DNA from: Takakia lepidozioides
Lineage: Eukaryota; Plantae; Bryophyta
Direction: 5' to 3'
DNA: 64,000 nucleotides
Assembly (NCBI GenBank): GCA_030704615.1
Contig: CM060734.1
Span: 57,908,001 to 57,972,000, forward strand
The notes under the pieces were generated by a model. It worked only from the letters and a program-made list of their open reading frames with translations, was not told the DNA's origin and ran no database searches. Below are positions 1 to 13,865 of the stretch, one piece after another. Position 1 is the stretch's first letter. Each line of letters opens with the position of its first letter. The position numbers and the translations under genes are program-made.

Positions 1-584
1 GACGGTTTACCTTTGGACGGAAGGGAAGGCTAGGTGGTAGATTTATGAAGACACTGGTGTAGCTTTTTCAGGAAACCATGGTTGATAGGTCTCTTGAAGA
101 GCTGCTATCTTGTGTGTTGAGGATGGGAAACACAATGCATGTGTGGTGGATCCTTGGGTGCTGGAGTCACACGATCTCTTGGTGTAACATATAGCTTGAG
201 GCTGTCATTGGTTAAAACCTTCACTTGAGCTTGTTCCAAATTTTCCTGTGTCTGCTACATCTTGACTGTCCTTGCCTTTCATCTCTTGAACTTTTCTATA
301 CTAACTTCCAAACATGCAGTGACGATCAGTGCAGGCTCAACCTGCACATCGTTCAGTATGACTTCTCAATTCCTCTGGCTGTTTAATCTTGCAAGTTATA
401 AACACTAGTGGCTTTGCAAGGTCACTATTGCAGATTCGCGCATGTCAGATACCCTCATTTATACATTTTTGATGAAGTGGTACAAACGAATACTCTCGAG
501 TAATCTAAACCAGGAGATTTTCGAGGTCACATGTCAAGAAACGTCGCATAATAGTTATGACCAATTCTAGCTGCATGAGTATAG

Positions 585-3500
585 TCAAGGTGGACAAGTA
601 AAGACGAGAGATGCATTTGTACCCCCAAAGCCAAACGAATTCGTGAGGACAGCTCTGATTGGCATTCTTCTTGGACTTGTGAGAGGAGAAAAGTGGTCGT
701 GGAAAATGGGATCAGGCCGGTCCACATTCAATGTCGGGGGAGCTATATCCTGCGCCCCACTCATGTGTCAGCTTCAGCGAGTCAAACAACCAATTCACAT
801 CCACTGCTATGGAGATGATGCTATGTAAAGGCTGGTGGACCCTTGGCAGCAACTGGACTTCCACAAAGTCCAAATGAAAACCAGCCAAGAACCTACATGA
901 TGAATTGCTAAGATGGAGAAAATCGCCTCCACAGCACCTGCTGCTCCCAACAAGTGGCCTGTCGCTCCCTGCCCACACGACCCCGATACTCACAAAAATT
1001 CTTTTCAGCCACAATCAGCAAATTAGCAGTGACCTGTCACAAAAAGAAGTGAATTTCAGCAACATCGGAGGCCTACACACCTTAGTAGAAGAGAAGGCCA
1101 GCTGCCCAGAATTGGCATGCTCCTTGAAGACTGCCTGTATGGCTCTGGCCTCCACGGAATCGCCTGCATGGAACATATTGGGACTCAGACAGTCAAAAAA
1201 GCATGCCCCCGCCATGTCATCTCAGGCAACAAAATGATGGACCTACTCTGCGTGAGCCTAGGCGGCACAGGAGATTTATAATTCAAGGTGTTAGATCTAG
1301 AGTACCCAAGGGTGTTGATGTAGCATGTGCATTGATGTAGTCCACGTCTTCAGGCTGCAGCCCCGCCTACATCAAATAGCCAACTGTGTGTTTCAAGACA
1401 TGCAACATTTCCACCTCGTTATTCTAGACGTCATTTAGTCAAACTAAAGTAGAAGTAAATTCTTCTGAGGATCTGTGTGAATCATAGTATTGTGCTCTTA
1501 CTTGGAACCCCCCTTTAGAAGTGTAGAGTGGTGTTGGTACCTTCAACCGCTCTGGTAAGCATGATAACCATGCTGTTTGATACCAGCCACTGTAACAGTA
1601 AAATTTACAAGTTCTCAATTTAGTTGAGGGGACTGTCCATGCCAGCAATTTTCTCCATGCAGCTAGAAATTCTGCAGTGTGAACAGAGTTTAATCTTATC
1701 AGGACAGTATCCTCTAGCAACTCTGCCAATCACTAGGTGTGGATGGAGAGAGGTAGTGGGAGAACCTGCCGCAGAGCACGAGTCATTGCAAGAATAGCAC
1801 CCCTTCCATCAGTGGATGGTTGAGTGATGTGGTGTGCATCCCCTGGATCCATACAATGACACCCATCAGATTGCTCACTCCAGAACACATCAATGCAGCA
1901 AACACCAGATTGACTGCCAGTCCCATAATACACGGAAAAGAAAGTAGACAGACAACAAAAACCATAGGGCCTAAACCTGACAGGCCATAACCACGGATCT
2001 CTGCATAGATCTTTGCTCCTCTTTCCATCGCATGTTCATACTCCTGTAAAGAATCACCCAACTTCTGCTTCAAAAGCGCCTGTGCTGTTGCATAAAACAA
2101 GCATTCTCAAGCTGGTTCACGTCCCACTGAGAGGAGTTAAGGACATATTGATAGACATGTGGATGACACCCTTCTTCTGAGGTGTTGGGACAGCAAGTGA
2201 CACAGATCCACCCCACCCAAACACCAAGTATACAAATACGTTCTTCTAAACTTTGATAAATTAAAGACGCCTTACAAATTTTATGTATTACATAAGAAAG
2301 CCAGAAACGTCAGAGGCACAGTTGTGACCCTAAGAAAGCATAATCCCACCCCATGTCGAATGGTAAGAAATCAAAGTGCACGAGGAGGTCACACCTTGCA
2401 GAGGAAACTTGCAAGAAGCTTTAGAGCCAAGGGTAATGGGAGATCTCACCTCAAGCACCATTATACCTGCACCCTCGCCCATTCTGCATCCAGCACAAGA
2501 GGCAAGGATGATCGTTCAGCCTTTGCGTACCAAAATCTGTACTGAAGAACTAGCAACCAAATCAATAAGCTAGAAGAAGCAAGGAAAGAAGGAGATACAG
2601 ACACAAAACCATCTCTCTCGTAATCAAATGGTCTTGATGATTTCTCCGGGTTGTCATTGAATTTAGTACTTAAAGCCCTAGCCCTGCCATGGACAACCAA
2701 AACAAGATCAGTCTACGCTTACCTTTCTATTCAACTCAGAAAATGTAGGGGAAAAACATCCAAACTCAGAATGTCTTGAGGTCCTCATATGTTTAGAGAA
2801 ATAGGAGTGAACGAGCTCAAAGGGGAACACAAAGACCTGCAGAATCCGGCAATGGAAATGGTGTCAATGCTTGCCTCAGTGCCTCCAGCCACCATGACAT
2901 CTGCATCTCCAAACCGAATCATGCGCGCTGCATCCCCTACTGAGTGTGCTCCACTTGCACATGCTGTCACTGCTGCATGGTTGGGACCCTGTGTGCCATC
3001 TTCCCTTCTTATGTTACCTTCCCACCCTAAATCTTAACCCTGCCTATTAATGTGGCTATCATAGTGGAAGACAAATTAGCTGAGTAAATAAGCTCTTCCC
3101 TGGTGCTTCACGTATAGGGCGGGGAGCTTCCTGGTCATCTAGCTCAAGCTCCTCTCTAAGGAGAGGTTGAATTTGCCTAACCACGTTGCTATTATCATGA
3201 GCAAACAGTTTAACATGTCCAAGGGCACCCTGTTGGTATAAAAGAGATCTCACCTTGAAGCCATGATGTATGCTCACGTGTCCAGCGGCCATGTTGATTA
3301 GAATGCGAGGGATGAAAAAGGGACTAATCCGCCGCAGGCACTGTCGTAAAAGCAACAACCCAAACTAATGTCAGAGATTGTCCACCTCAACCTTTTCCCC
3401 TTCCCTGATGCTGACACAAGTGCTGACCTTCTCTGTGACCAACTTAGCGGCTTCCAGCATATCTCTGATGCATCCGATTCCCCCACCTATTGCCACCCCC

Positions 3501-5117
3501 TGTAAAACAATTCCCAAAGAGGTCAGTGACCCCATCATCACACTTCCAATATTGAAAACCTTGACATAAGCAGATTTCATTCTTCAGAGTCTAGGGGTTT
3601 AAGGTTTTAGGTAGAGAAGCTAGAGCAAACCAGTGCCACGGTACAAAACAGACTCTCTCAGTGAATACGGATTTATATGGTACCCTGGGTATTATTTAAC
3701 TTTTCGTAGCAACAGATTTACTCCTCTAGGCAGAAACATACGTGACAGGTACACACCGTGCTCTCTAATGCTGCAGGGTCTTGCGGGTGCCACTTCGCAT
3801 CTGCCAATGCTTCCTCAGCTGCACATAGTGCATATGATATGAAGGGCGCAACATGCTTCTGCCATAGCATCCATCATTATAGTGAGTAGTACAATCTGCA
3901 CAACTGCAGTTAAAAGGAAAATCTAACCGAGTACTAACAGGAGGGAATGGTCCGTTGAGGAGAAATCAATGGGGATATTGCCCTGTCAGCCACTGAATAT
4001 CAAGGGCCATCTGTTCCTTTAAAAGACTTTGAACAAAGCGAGTGAGCAAAGTGTTAATTAACAATACCCTTTATCCTGAACTATCGGACGTTTTTGCTGA
4101 CCCAACAATCTTGCATAGAACAAATATGCTGATTTCACCTGAGAGAGTGTCTACTCTATTTAAAGAAGCAAGAGAGACAGACCTGCCATTTAACAGCATC
4201 AAAGTCACCAGGGGCACTGCCATATGACACTGGTGCAGCTACTTGAGAGGGCAGCTGCTGCAGCAACTCATTATCTGGGAGCTTCAGGTCCTGGGCATTC
4301 AGTGCCCGCACCCCAGTTTTCAGTTCAAGCAACCGCTGCCAGCTTGCTTGCACCCCTGTCGCTAGTGGTGTTACCAGCCCCAGCCCTGCCAAATCCATCG
4401 CCCGATTCCGAAAACACAAATCACATTCCCAAAGTAACATGTCATCCTCCAGCCCTTCTTTCCTCATCCCATTCTTGCTTATCAGTGCCATCTGTGTTGC
4501 ATAAAACTAGCAGGGAATGCACAAAAATACAACCATCCTTCGCGTCCTGCCCTCTCTTATGCATTCATGGCTTCCTGCCTGCCCACTGATATGCAGTGGC
4601 CTTAATTGGGCTTGTGGGAAATGAATCCAATCAGATCAATCTATCAAAGAATACCTCTTCTTCTAATTTAACCACAAAGAGTTCAAAAATAATGCAGCAC
4701 ATCACAAATCCTGTGGAAAGTCCCCTTTAAAGAGAGTCCTGAGCTCAGGAAGAGACGGGTTAGAAAGACGAGGGTCAGATGCGGACAGATACACATGCAA
4801 ACGTGCAATCTGCATAATAGATTGAGCACGCACTCTGGAAATCTGACGAAGCTCCAAATACCCACATCCCACACTGCCGTCTCATTCAGTCAAATTTGAG
4901 ATAGAGCTATACTTCGAGCATTCTCGGTTCCAAATTGGACTACAATAAAAGGCACACGAAGGAGGCCAATAATACCTGTGACTACAACTCGACGCTGGGG
5001 CATGATAGGCGGGGTTCCAAAGGAGGCTGAGCTGGCCCCATTACCACTATGCAGCGCACGCAGAACTTGCAGCCCCACCTTCAACCACCCGCTGTGCTGC
5101 TTTCTCCTCAGCACCAT
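585..5117 (-). CDS. mtKAS: Mitochondrial-type 3-oxoacyl-[ACP] synthase (KAS II/FabF family), about 14 exons
   Basis: Exons join across GT-AG introns: RRVVVTG|LGLVTPL (5117-4976, 4385-4183); [14 protein letters not shown] (~3859-3757); GVAIGGGIG (~3500-3428); [20 protein letters not shown]; [18 protein letters not shown] (catalytic Cys); [11 protein letters not shown]|MGEGAG; [15 protein letters not shown]; DAHHITQP; [12 protein letters not shown] (His); STK|[11 protein letters not shown] (His); [12 protein letters not shown], stop at 585-587. The N-terminus is basic and transit-peptide-like. Confidence 0.95.
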
Positions 5118-6539
5118 CTCTCTCTTTTAATCCTATATACACACGTTGCAAGCCTGCAATCATACAATCATATACAATCCTTCGGGTTTGACTAGATGTC
5201 GGAAAGACATTCCAACCCCCGCTCTATCTCTGTTGCCTTTACGCCACTCTCTCTCAAATAGTGGAACAACAGTATCACCAGGATCAGGGCCTGCACTCTG
5301 CAAATGGGAATTGGATTTCGTGTCCCTCTCGCTCATCTTTGTTCCTGAACTCTCATCAGCTCTCCCTACGTGGCGCAAAGCTGCTCGGGTGAACAGATTG
5401 TCCTGCATCCATATTCGTGCTGTATTCTCGCATTTTGGGATGGAGGATGCAGAGATTCTGGGACGTATTGGGATACTCTGAGCATTCTATGCAGAATGCC
5501 CCTTTTCCAAAGAAAATTGCATTTCTACGATGACATTGCAACAAGGATGAGTTTCAAACTCTCATATTACCTATAAACCCGAGAAACAGAAACCCCGGGT
5601 GTTTTGAATGCCTAGGGCAGTTTTCTTCTTCTTTGAAACACATCACGCGGAGGTTTTAGGTGGAGGGTCCCTCTGTCCCGGGGATGGGAGGGAGCTCTGC
5701 TGTTCTCCGAGCTCGCCGGAGAGGCAGCTTGGCCATGCGGGGCCCCAGATCATTGCGACTGATGGCTGGCCTCGAGGGATACCGAAGCGAGGTAATGTAC
5801 ATCTCTATTTGTGCTCTTCCTGGTTGTTTGAATTGGAGCATTTCAGGCTTGAGATTGTCCTTGACCCATCCCGAAGTTCCCTCTATGGTCATACAAAATT
5901 GTAATTGACACCCTTCTGCTTAAATATCTGACATACCTGATGCATCTATTTTCTTTCAGTTTATTGCGCTGAGTGAAGTTTTAACAGAGATCCTGCATGT
6001 CCAAACATTCAGAATGTACTCCTCAAAGTGGAGGGGTGGTTATCGGAAGAGTGAAGAGCAATAATTGCCAGCCACACTGAGGGGAGCATAAGGGTAGAGA
6101 GAGGTGTACTCTTGTCGAAACGTTGTGTTTTGGGTGTGAGGTACTCAATGACTAATTTGGTGGGTTTCTAGTTTCTACCAACCACGGTATTGATATAATG
6201 GTAGAAGATACTATGCCCCAATCCGAGACAGATGTAACATGTAGGAATTGTGATTACATTCCAGTCGCACATCGCAGGAGAAATGACAGGGGACGAAGGT
6301 AGCGAGGAGCTGCTAAAGATCTATGTCCAAATCGTCGGATTCAAGCAGGCTAAACAATAAAGATCTGTGGTGGCAGGAGTTTTCCTCAGATCCTTTATAC
6401 AGTGGTGGGACAACAGACAACAGCTTTGATAAGGTACTTTCTCTCTTTGTCATGGGAAAACAGTGAAAGTGCAGTTGTTACTTTTGGGTTGGTGTTCCTT
6501 CTTAGCGGGTATGAAAGTATGTAGCTCAAGTGTTACTTT

Positions 6540-7332
6540 AGACATAAGCACACAAAGGAGGTCCTGGATTTGGATCAGAGTGGAGCTGGCTACCATGATA
6601 CATGGTCAAGCACCCCGTGGTGATGCCAGGATGTTCATACAGCAGCACAACAGACTCTAGGACATGCGGCTGTCTCTTGCAGGAGTACATCAATGTACAA
6701 GGCCTAGCTGAGGGAAAGCAGTTGCATGCCCAATTTTCCAAAAGCGGATTCAAGCCAAGCATCGTTTTATTCAACACCCTTGATATATTCCAAATGGGGG
6801 AGGGTGGTGGATGCACGAGAAGTTTTTTAATACAATGCCTGAACCACAAAGAATCACACGGGATAGGATTATATCAAGATTGCCAAGCGTGGGTATGGCA
6901 GGGAGGCCTTCAAACTCGATGAGCAATCGAACATTCTCGCTATGTTCTCAAGATTCCAGAATTGAGGGAGGAGAGAGGTGTCAGAAAGGTGCCAGGTCAC
7001 TGCTGCATTGAGGTGACAGCCAGGTGCATACATTCGTTATTTGACAGATGAATGAGACTGGTTCGTGCCTGACAGTCGCGTCGTATTACATATTGTGGAC
7101 AGCAGCAGAAGGATATCTCTCTTAGACACAACTGTGAGAAGCTAGCCATTGCTTTTTGACTGATCAGCACAACTCCTGAAACACCTATATGCGTCATCAA
7201 CAACCTTCAGGTGTGTGGTGACTGGCACACAGCCACCAACTTCATCTCAAAGATACTCGGGTGAGCAGTTTTTATGCAGGATGCCAACTTCTTCACCACT
7301 TCAGCATGTGATGTTCTTGTGGGGATTACTGT
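6540..7332 (+). pseudogene. PLS-class PPR-DYW (RNA editing factor) pseudogene remnant with a large internal deletion
   Basis: LLQEYINVQGLAEGKQLHAQFSKSGFKPSIVLFNTL and DAREVFNTMPEP are PPR motifs. At ~7105-7332 a degenerate DYW domain follows ([39 protein letters not shown]...CSCGDY) with stops and frameshifts. Confidence 0.8.
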
Positions 7333-8822
7333 AGCGGGCAAAACTCATGAAACAAAGGATGTTGCTTCAGGAACCTGTAATCAATTCTTTGTTTTTCGAA
7401 GTTGAAAGCAACTACAATGTGTAGTAGTGAACATGACAGTCGGTACTGGGTGAGGTTTGTATGGTGATTATTACAATCCTCATACCATTTCATGTGAATT
7501 TTTTTTGCAGAGCAGAAGTCAAAGGATCATTCATGAGGCATGAAGAAAACTCTATAGGAGGTCGAAACTGAAGGAAGAAGGATATCCTGTTAACCAAATT
7601 GTGGTTGGCTGTGCACACGAGCACAGTGTTTGCAGGCTATATTTGTGTACCCCAAGGCATCCAGCCGTCTTAGGACTTTACCCCCAAGGGTGCATCATAG
7701 CTAATGCACAAGGGTACCTCTGTCTCCTTATCCAGACCCTTCAGTGTTGCTGGTCCTCGAGAGGGACAGGTCATATCTGTGGTAACCACCCCTCCATTTG
7801 GGAGTGGATTCAAAATTCTTTCACCTCTTGGAACTTGCAGCGGGTTTACTGTGGGCTACTGAGACATTTCATACATTTTTGCAGATAGTGACTGACAGAA
7901 GGAGGACAAAGGTGCAAATGACAGTCCTGCATGTGCATGATTGAACGTCCGGTTATAACACTGATCACGAAACTGATCTTTGACTTTCTCAATCCACCGT
8001 GAGCCACAGAGAGAAGAGGTTTGACAAATTTGGTCACAAGTCACAAAGACATCGGAGAGGACATGTTGAAAACAGGGAAAGTAAGTCTGGACCCTGTGTA
8101 TACAAGACGTCTAAACAAACATAAGTTGTAGCTTCAGTGTCCATTCGCAGCCATTCACAGCCAGTGTGAAGACATCAAACATTTGGGGAGAATCAGAGAA
8201 CTGTCAAGCTAAGGGCATGGCCTCCAGTTCATTCCCAAAACACAATCACCCGGGATCTATATGCAATCTATATACAGTGTCAACATAACTACTTGACTTC
8301 AGTGTATGAGCAACCTTAAGCCCGTGTTTCTTTTTTTCAACGGCAAGGACTCAAATAACTGTAATATATATGTCTCATCTTTACAACATCATTGATCTAC
8401 AAAGAGGAAGACATGCCAGTAGGACTGCAGGCCATGCCTTTGCAGTTGGTGTTGATCAGAAAATCCCTTGAGGACTTGATGGCCAAGAAGCACTTCCCTC
8501 ATTCATTACGTACATATACAGGATCTCCTTGCGTCTGAAAACCTAGAGATACCAAATTGCTTAGGTCAACTAGCGAGAGAAACAAGGGGTCCTATATAAA
8601 CAAAAAGCAGTTAGTGGTCCATGTGTTCTGGAGCCTTGCTTGGATGTGAAGTCATTTGGGAGTGTGAGGCAGATGCCTCGGAGCTTTCGGTGAGTAATAG
8701 ACAGGTCGGTGTTTCTCTCTCAGGTGCGAGGAGGTGCGAGAGGAGGTGCAGTCTGATGATAGTTGTAGCGCAGGGCGAAGGGCAGGGATTCATCGAGAAT
8801 TGGGTGTGTGGGTGGAATCAAG

Positions 8823-10579
8823 ATGCCGAAGAAGATGGGGATCAACAGTAAGGCGGAGGAAGCTCGGAGTCGCAAGGTGGGGGTCCAAACACAGAAAAAG
8901 GTCAAGGAAGAGCAAGAGAAGCAGGAGGCCTTTTGGAAAGACGCCGAGGGCCCCGTGTCCAAGGCTGCCAAAAAGAAGGAGGAGGAGGCCGAGCGACGCG
9001 CTGAGGCTGCACTCAAACGTGCCGAGGCTAAAAAGCTTGCAGAGCAGGAGGAGAAGGAGCTTGCCCAGTATGGCAAGCGCGTCGACAAGAAGACATCCCG
9101 TGTCACGGTCCCTGCGCCCAAGGTAACAGCTGCCCAACTGGCCCGCATCAAAGAGGAGGAGACGCAGCAGTTGCAAGCGCAAGCCGGAGTTGCCAAAAAG
9201 CGGGAAAGCCGCACTGCAGAGGAAGACGAATATGAGCGCCTCGTATCTGTGGCCAACAGTAACCGTGATGATGACGTTGTGGATGCACGATCCCTGGACA
9301 CTGCGCTGGCTCAGATGACTGTCCTCGGTGGTCCTGACTTGCCTCCTGATCGTCATCCCGAAAGACGTTTGAAAGCTTCATACAAGGTATTGTTACTACT
9401 CCCCGTTACCATTGTAGTATTGATAGTCGTTTACGGAATGAAGGTTTCTCTCTCTCTCTCTCTCCACTCTCGGCACTAAACTGAGATTAAACTCCGGGCG
9501 GGCAGCCTACTTTTGAACAGCAAACAGAAGCAGAGAGGAAAGGGAGAGTGCAATTTTCATTTTCATTTTCTGATTCATTGTCCAGGGTTCTCTCACCAGA
9601 GATACACTCTCCTCAAATCTATCAAGGGAATTGTGCCTGTACCTCTGTTTACCAACTTTGAAAGTCTCGAAGTGAGCCAAAAGCCCAGGCCCTTTCGGGG
9701 CCTAGTTATTGGGCAAACCACACACAGCAGATTGATGCTTGTGTGAAGGGATTTCTAGAGGATATCTGGAAAACCCTGATCAATTGTTTATTCCAAGGTA
9801 AGTCTTACTACTGGCGTCAGCCCCTGACAAAGGTAGGTTCAGTTTGAGCGGGGTCAATGGCCACAAGGCTACGGCAAACAACGTCCTATGAGTACATTCT
9901 CTCTCTCTGTCTCTCTCTATGCTCTCTTGTAGATTTTGAGCACTTTCAAGCAGCACGTTCTGATTGCTGGAAGATTTTTGGTCTGCTGGGAAATTGTTTG
10001 CCTGCCCAACCCTGAGTAGTGCGAGAATTGGGCAGGTCTCACAACTTACCATAGGAGAGGAGATTTCTGAACAAATTGGAGATGGGCTTTCTGTAGGCTG
10101 TGTTGGACAGCTGTACAACAAATAAGGGCGACAGGCTGTTTTCCAGTCAGTTCGTGTTGTGATTACTTGAGTTTGCGAACCCAGTTGAATGAAGAATGCA
10201 AATCCCTTTCATCTCGGCCCGTTTCTTTATGTGGAGCAGATTTGATCTTACTATTCACCCCTAACAATAAACATCAACAACTGGTTTCAATAGGAGGGCT
10301 TCTTAGGAGAAACTCACCCGTAGGCCCTTCTGCAGAGAAAATATTCTTGGCAGGGTTGCTCTTCAATGTACTTGGCTTTGTGCGCCAGGATATGAAAGTG
10401 TAACTTCTGTGTACGGATGCTGATTTCAGATGTTTGTGCAGGCTTTTGAGGAAGCAGAGTTACCAAGTCTGAAGGAGGACAAGCCAGGCTTGACTCACAC
10501 ACAATATAAAGACATGTTGTGGAAGTTGTGGAAGAAGTCTCCAGACAATCCTCTCAACCAAGCCAGCTCAGGCTCTTGA
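8823..10579 (+). CDS. CCDC124: Coiled-coil domain-containing protein 124 / Lso2 homolog (ribosome hibernation factor), 2 exons: 8823-9386 and 10442-10579
   Basis: Starts MPKKMGINSKAEEARSRK. The conserved DRHPERRLKASYK|AFEEAELPSLKEDKPGL...MLWKLWKKSPDNPLNQ is joined across a GT-AG intron and the frame is intact. Confidence 0.93.
9464..9919 (+). mobile_element. 5'-truncated non-LTR retrotransposon (LINE, RTE-X/L2-like 3' end) in the CCDC124 intron, flanked by (CT)n
   Basis: Highly similar to 48451-48848 (LNSKQKQRGKGECN...HFLIHCPGFSHQR). Ends ...ATGAGTACATT(CT)n, with (CT)n also immediately upstream at 9447-9463. Confidence 0.75.
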
Positions 10580-12467
10580 ATGGCCATGTATATATCTCTC
10601 ACATATCTCAGTATTCTCAACAAAATAGCTTTAAGGATTAGGTGTTGTGGGTTATCAGGTGCAAATTGCAATTCTGGCATATAGGTTTGGGGACTGGTAA
10701 CCAGATATGGTCTGGCCCTGCATAGAAAATAGCATCATTTGGATGTAACTTAGAGGAATATTAGATGCAATTCCAGGTAGTGAAGCAGGCCTGAGAGAGA
10801 GTTTTTGACTCAGTTGCAAGTATAGTGGCCCTAGTGGAATACATATGCAAGGCAGGCAGGTGAGGAGCCCAGGTGTCGCATATCTCGAATATTTACCTGT
10901 GTGATGTGTGTATCATGGTGTGGAGTTGAGTGGCATTTGTAGGGTTTGAAAATCTTCGAGAATATGGAGGATAGTCGTTAAAAGCTGTCGGGAGGCAACT
11001 CTCTTGCACACAATGAAGAGTAATCCTTCTCACTGCAAGTATATCTTACTCGCCACATAATTCATGAGTTTATCTAGGCATGTTCGCAGATAAAAGAACC
11101 ACAGTTCTTTTCTACATTCCTATGTCGGTTCTCTCTCCAATCAATGGTACTTAGGTTACATCATGTATGAAAGCTTTCAGGTGATCTGCTTCTCAATTAT
11201 ATCAGGCAAGTTGTTTTAGTCAAGGGCCTGACCCCTTGAAGTACTTGAGCCCTTGGAAATCACTTATATGCAGGATCCTCGACCTGACCATACTCAAGAT
11301 AGAATCAGCACTGGGCCATGGACGTGCTGAGTTCATGAGTCTAGGACCCAAGTTTGGCCGAAGTTTGGCCCAAGAAATTCAGGAATGTGTAGATCCCAAA
11401 ATAGACCCTCGGCCTCTGATCCATTATGTGGACACCAGCAAGAATGGGCTAGGGCAGAAGTCTCGGCCCACAACATGACATGTGGATTACTTGATATAAC
11501 ACTGTTAATAGTGGGTGATACAAGTCACATACGTTGTCATTAACAGGCCAGGAGCCTTCCCACAGTACTCAGAACTAACCAACTAAAGCATTCAGCACCT
11601 GGCCATTGTACATAGTTCGTGCTGTGGCTACAGAAGACGGGGAAGGCCGTGCATCTGGGTTTTCAAATAATCCACACCTGAAACCTTCAACATGTGCATG
11701 TGTTAGCAGCTTGGCTGTTACTTAGTTACATGCTTCATTGCACTTATGAGACGGCAATCTAAGGCCACAGTTGCATCCTGTGGTAGAATGTGTATAATCA
11801 AGACCCACCAGTAAGTAGCATCTTTTGCACCACCATGTTGTTTACAAGCTGGCTTTCATCATGAGGCACAGCTTCCTCCTTGCAAAATAATGAGGGGCTT
11901 AAAAAAAAAGCTGGGGCATGCTCGTGCAAACTAGTTCCCCATTTCCTCATAGCTTGGCCATCACATGATCCATTGCGTCCACCAGAAAGTCTGCAAAGTA
12001 AAGACTGACACCCTGTTATTTCTGACTCTTGCCACTACCTCTGGTCCTCTGATATGGCAGCCAGGAGCTTTGTCTAGCACAGCCTCTATACAAGAGTGCA
12101 TGATATCTTACTGATGAGGCAATAGTGTCAAGTATGAATGGGCTTCTACGCTTGAGACACTGCTGGCAATGGGTGTTCTCAGTGCAACAGCTTTCTCCCA
12201 GAAGGGGATCCAGGTGCAATCTTTGAGAGAGATGTACTCATTTCCAGGAGAGAGAAAAATAGAACTGTAGAAACCCAGAAACCAAAGAACTATCACAAAG
12301 GTAAGGAGAGAGAATGAGGGGAATTGTACTCATCAACCATTCCCTGAAAACGCTGGCATGGCATACTCTTATGCCACCCTGACAGAGGTGGTTAGCTGGC
12401 ATACCTGCATTACTTCTGGTTTTTGACACATGGTTTTTGACTTATAACAACAGCTAGTAGAAGGATA

Positions 12468-12585
12468 CGGCGCACACTAGAAAAGACCCGGGAGTTTAAT
12501 GCGAGCCCTTCGATACTGCCTGCGTGGCACCCCCCCTCGCCCCCACCACCCCCCCCCCCCGGGCCCCCATCCGTCACCCCATGCT
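12468..12585. repeat. Dispersed repeat end (unclassified DNA transposon terminus), shared with 33580-33810
   Basis: CGGCGCACACTAGAAAAGAYCCGGGAGTTTAATGCGAGCCCTTCG...poly-C...CCCCATCCGTCACCCCATG occurs at both 12468 and 33580 with different flanks. Confidence 0.7.
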
Positions 12586-13649
12586 TCACATGAGTCGCAT
12601 GATCCATGTGTTACAACCATCCCATGATGACCCACGGCCTCCCATAACATGATGTGACACATAGCCATTGCAGGCCGTAGGTGATCGCAATCATCATGCT
12701 GGCGTGCTTTTCGCGTTTGTCCGCACGCACGTGGCGTTGCTGACACTTTGATGCGGCCCCTCGTCTGTCATCACCCATGTCAATTCTTGAGTGTTGAGAT
12801 TCATGGCAGCCTCATGACATCTTCTCCAAGCTCAATGGCGTCTGATGGGGCCGGATTATATGATCCTAGTGGAAGCGGTATTGCAGGCAATCTCTTGCAT
12901 ATGAATTGGCTTGCATGTGTTACAAACTGTTCAGTGAGCTCTGGCGGTGAAGCGATTACTCATTGGAGGTCACTTTAGGGTTACTTCTTTTGTAGTTTTG
13001 TAGTCATTCACTTCATTTGCAGCTATTCTCTTGCCCTTGCTTTTTTTTGTCATGAGCAGAAATGGAGTCGTTTAGAATTCGTGTGCGTGCAGTCATGTTT
13101 TAGTGTCAGTTGTTGCTTTCACATTCTAGCAACCTCCAAGTGTAGCTGGTCGATTCGCAGAAACGAGTTGTAGGAGGTTTTGCAGTGAAGGCTGAGATGG
13201 TGAAACAATCCAACATGCGTGAAGTGCGCAAAACGTACCATGAGGTGTACGACTCGGACGAGTGGGAATCGCTGATATGCGAGGCTCACTCTGAGGCAAG
13301 GCTTGAAGAGCCTGGTGATGATAATAAGAAACCATTTAGATGTATTCGTTGTCGTAAAGTTTTTGAAATAAGAAGAAAGTTAACATTCACAGGATAAATG
13401 GCTATGATGCAGCTGTGGGAAAGGGTGGTCCTAAACTGAGCCGGTGTTTAAGCCGAGGCAGAGGCACATCATGGAGGGTGTTCTTTGTAAGCATGGGTTG
13501 AAGCGTCCTGGAAAAGGGATGAAGACGAGGGTAGAGAGTGACGACAGTATTATGGAGGAGGCTACACGAGATGTTAATCGCAGGAAGCAGTTGAGTTTAC
13601 GGAAGAAGCCAGGGAATGATTATGAGGATGACGATATCTCCATCTTGGA

Positions 13650-13865
13650 CACACCTCCTCTTGTGCCATAGGTAACTGTTACCACTCAACGCATTGGTAA
13701 CTCTACTTTGGACAGACCTCATGTTGTGCCATAGGTACCTGTTACCACTCAACGCATTGGCAGCTCTACTTTGAACAGACTTGCTGTTGTGCCACAGGGC
13801 ACCGTGAAAGCTCAACGCATTGTGAAGACTACATTAGATGGACCTGCTGTTGTGCCACAGGAAAG
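13650..13865 (+). repeat. About 3.5 tandem copies of a ~60-bp unit encoding VVPQ-type repeats, inside a decayed TE-like gene (~13185-14170)
   Basis: TTGTGCCA(T/C)AGG...CTCAACGCATTG recurs at ~13661, 13725, 13788 and 13850. Confidence 0.7.

Noticed and set aside
8720-9356. Long antisense ORFs (193 and 188 aa) over CCDC124
   Set aside because: Shadow frames of a GC-rich, low-complexity coiled-coil exon.
12475-12490. CACTAGAAAA as a bona fide CACTA TIR (also at 33587)
   Set aside because: Both copies share CGGCGCA upstream of CACTA, so the boundary is not at CACTA. No matching right TIR or 3-bp TSD was found.
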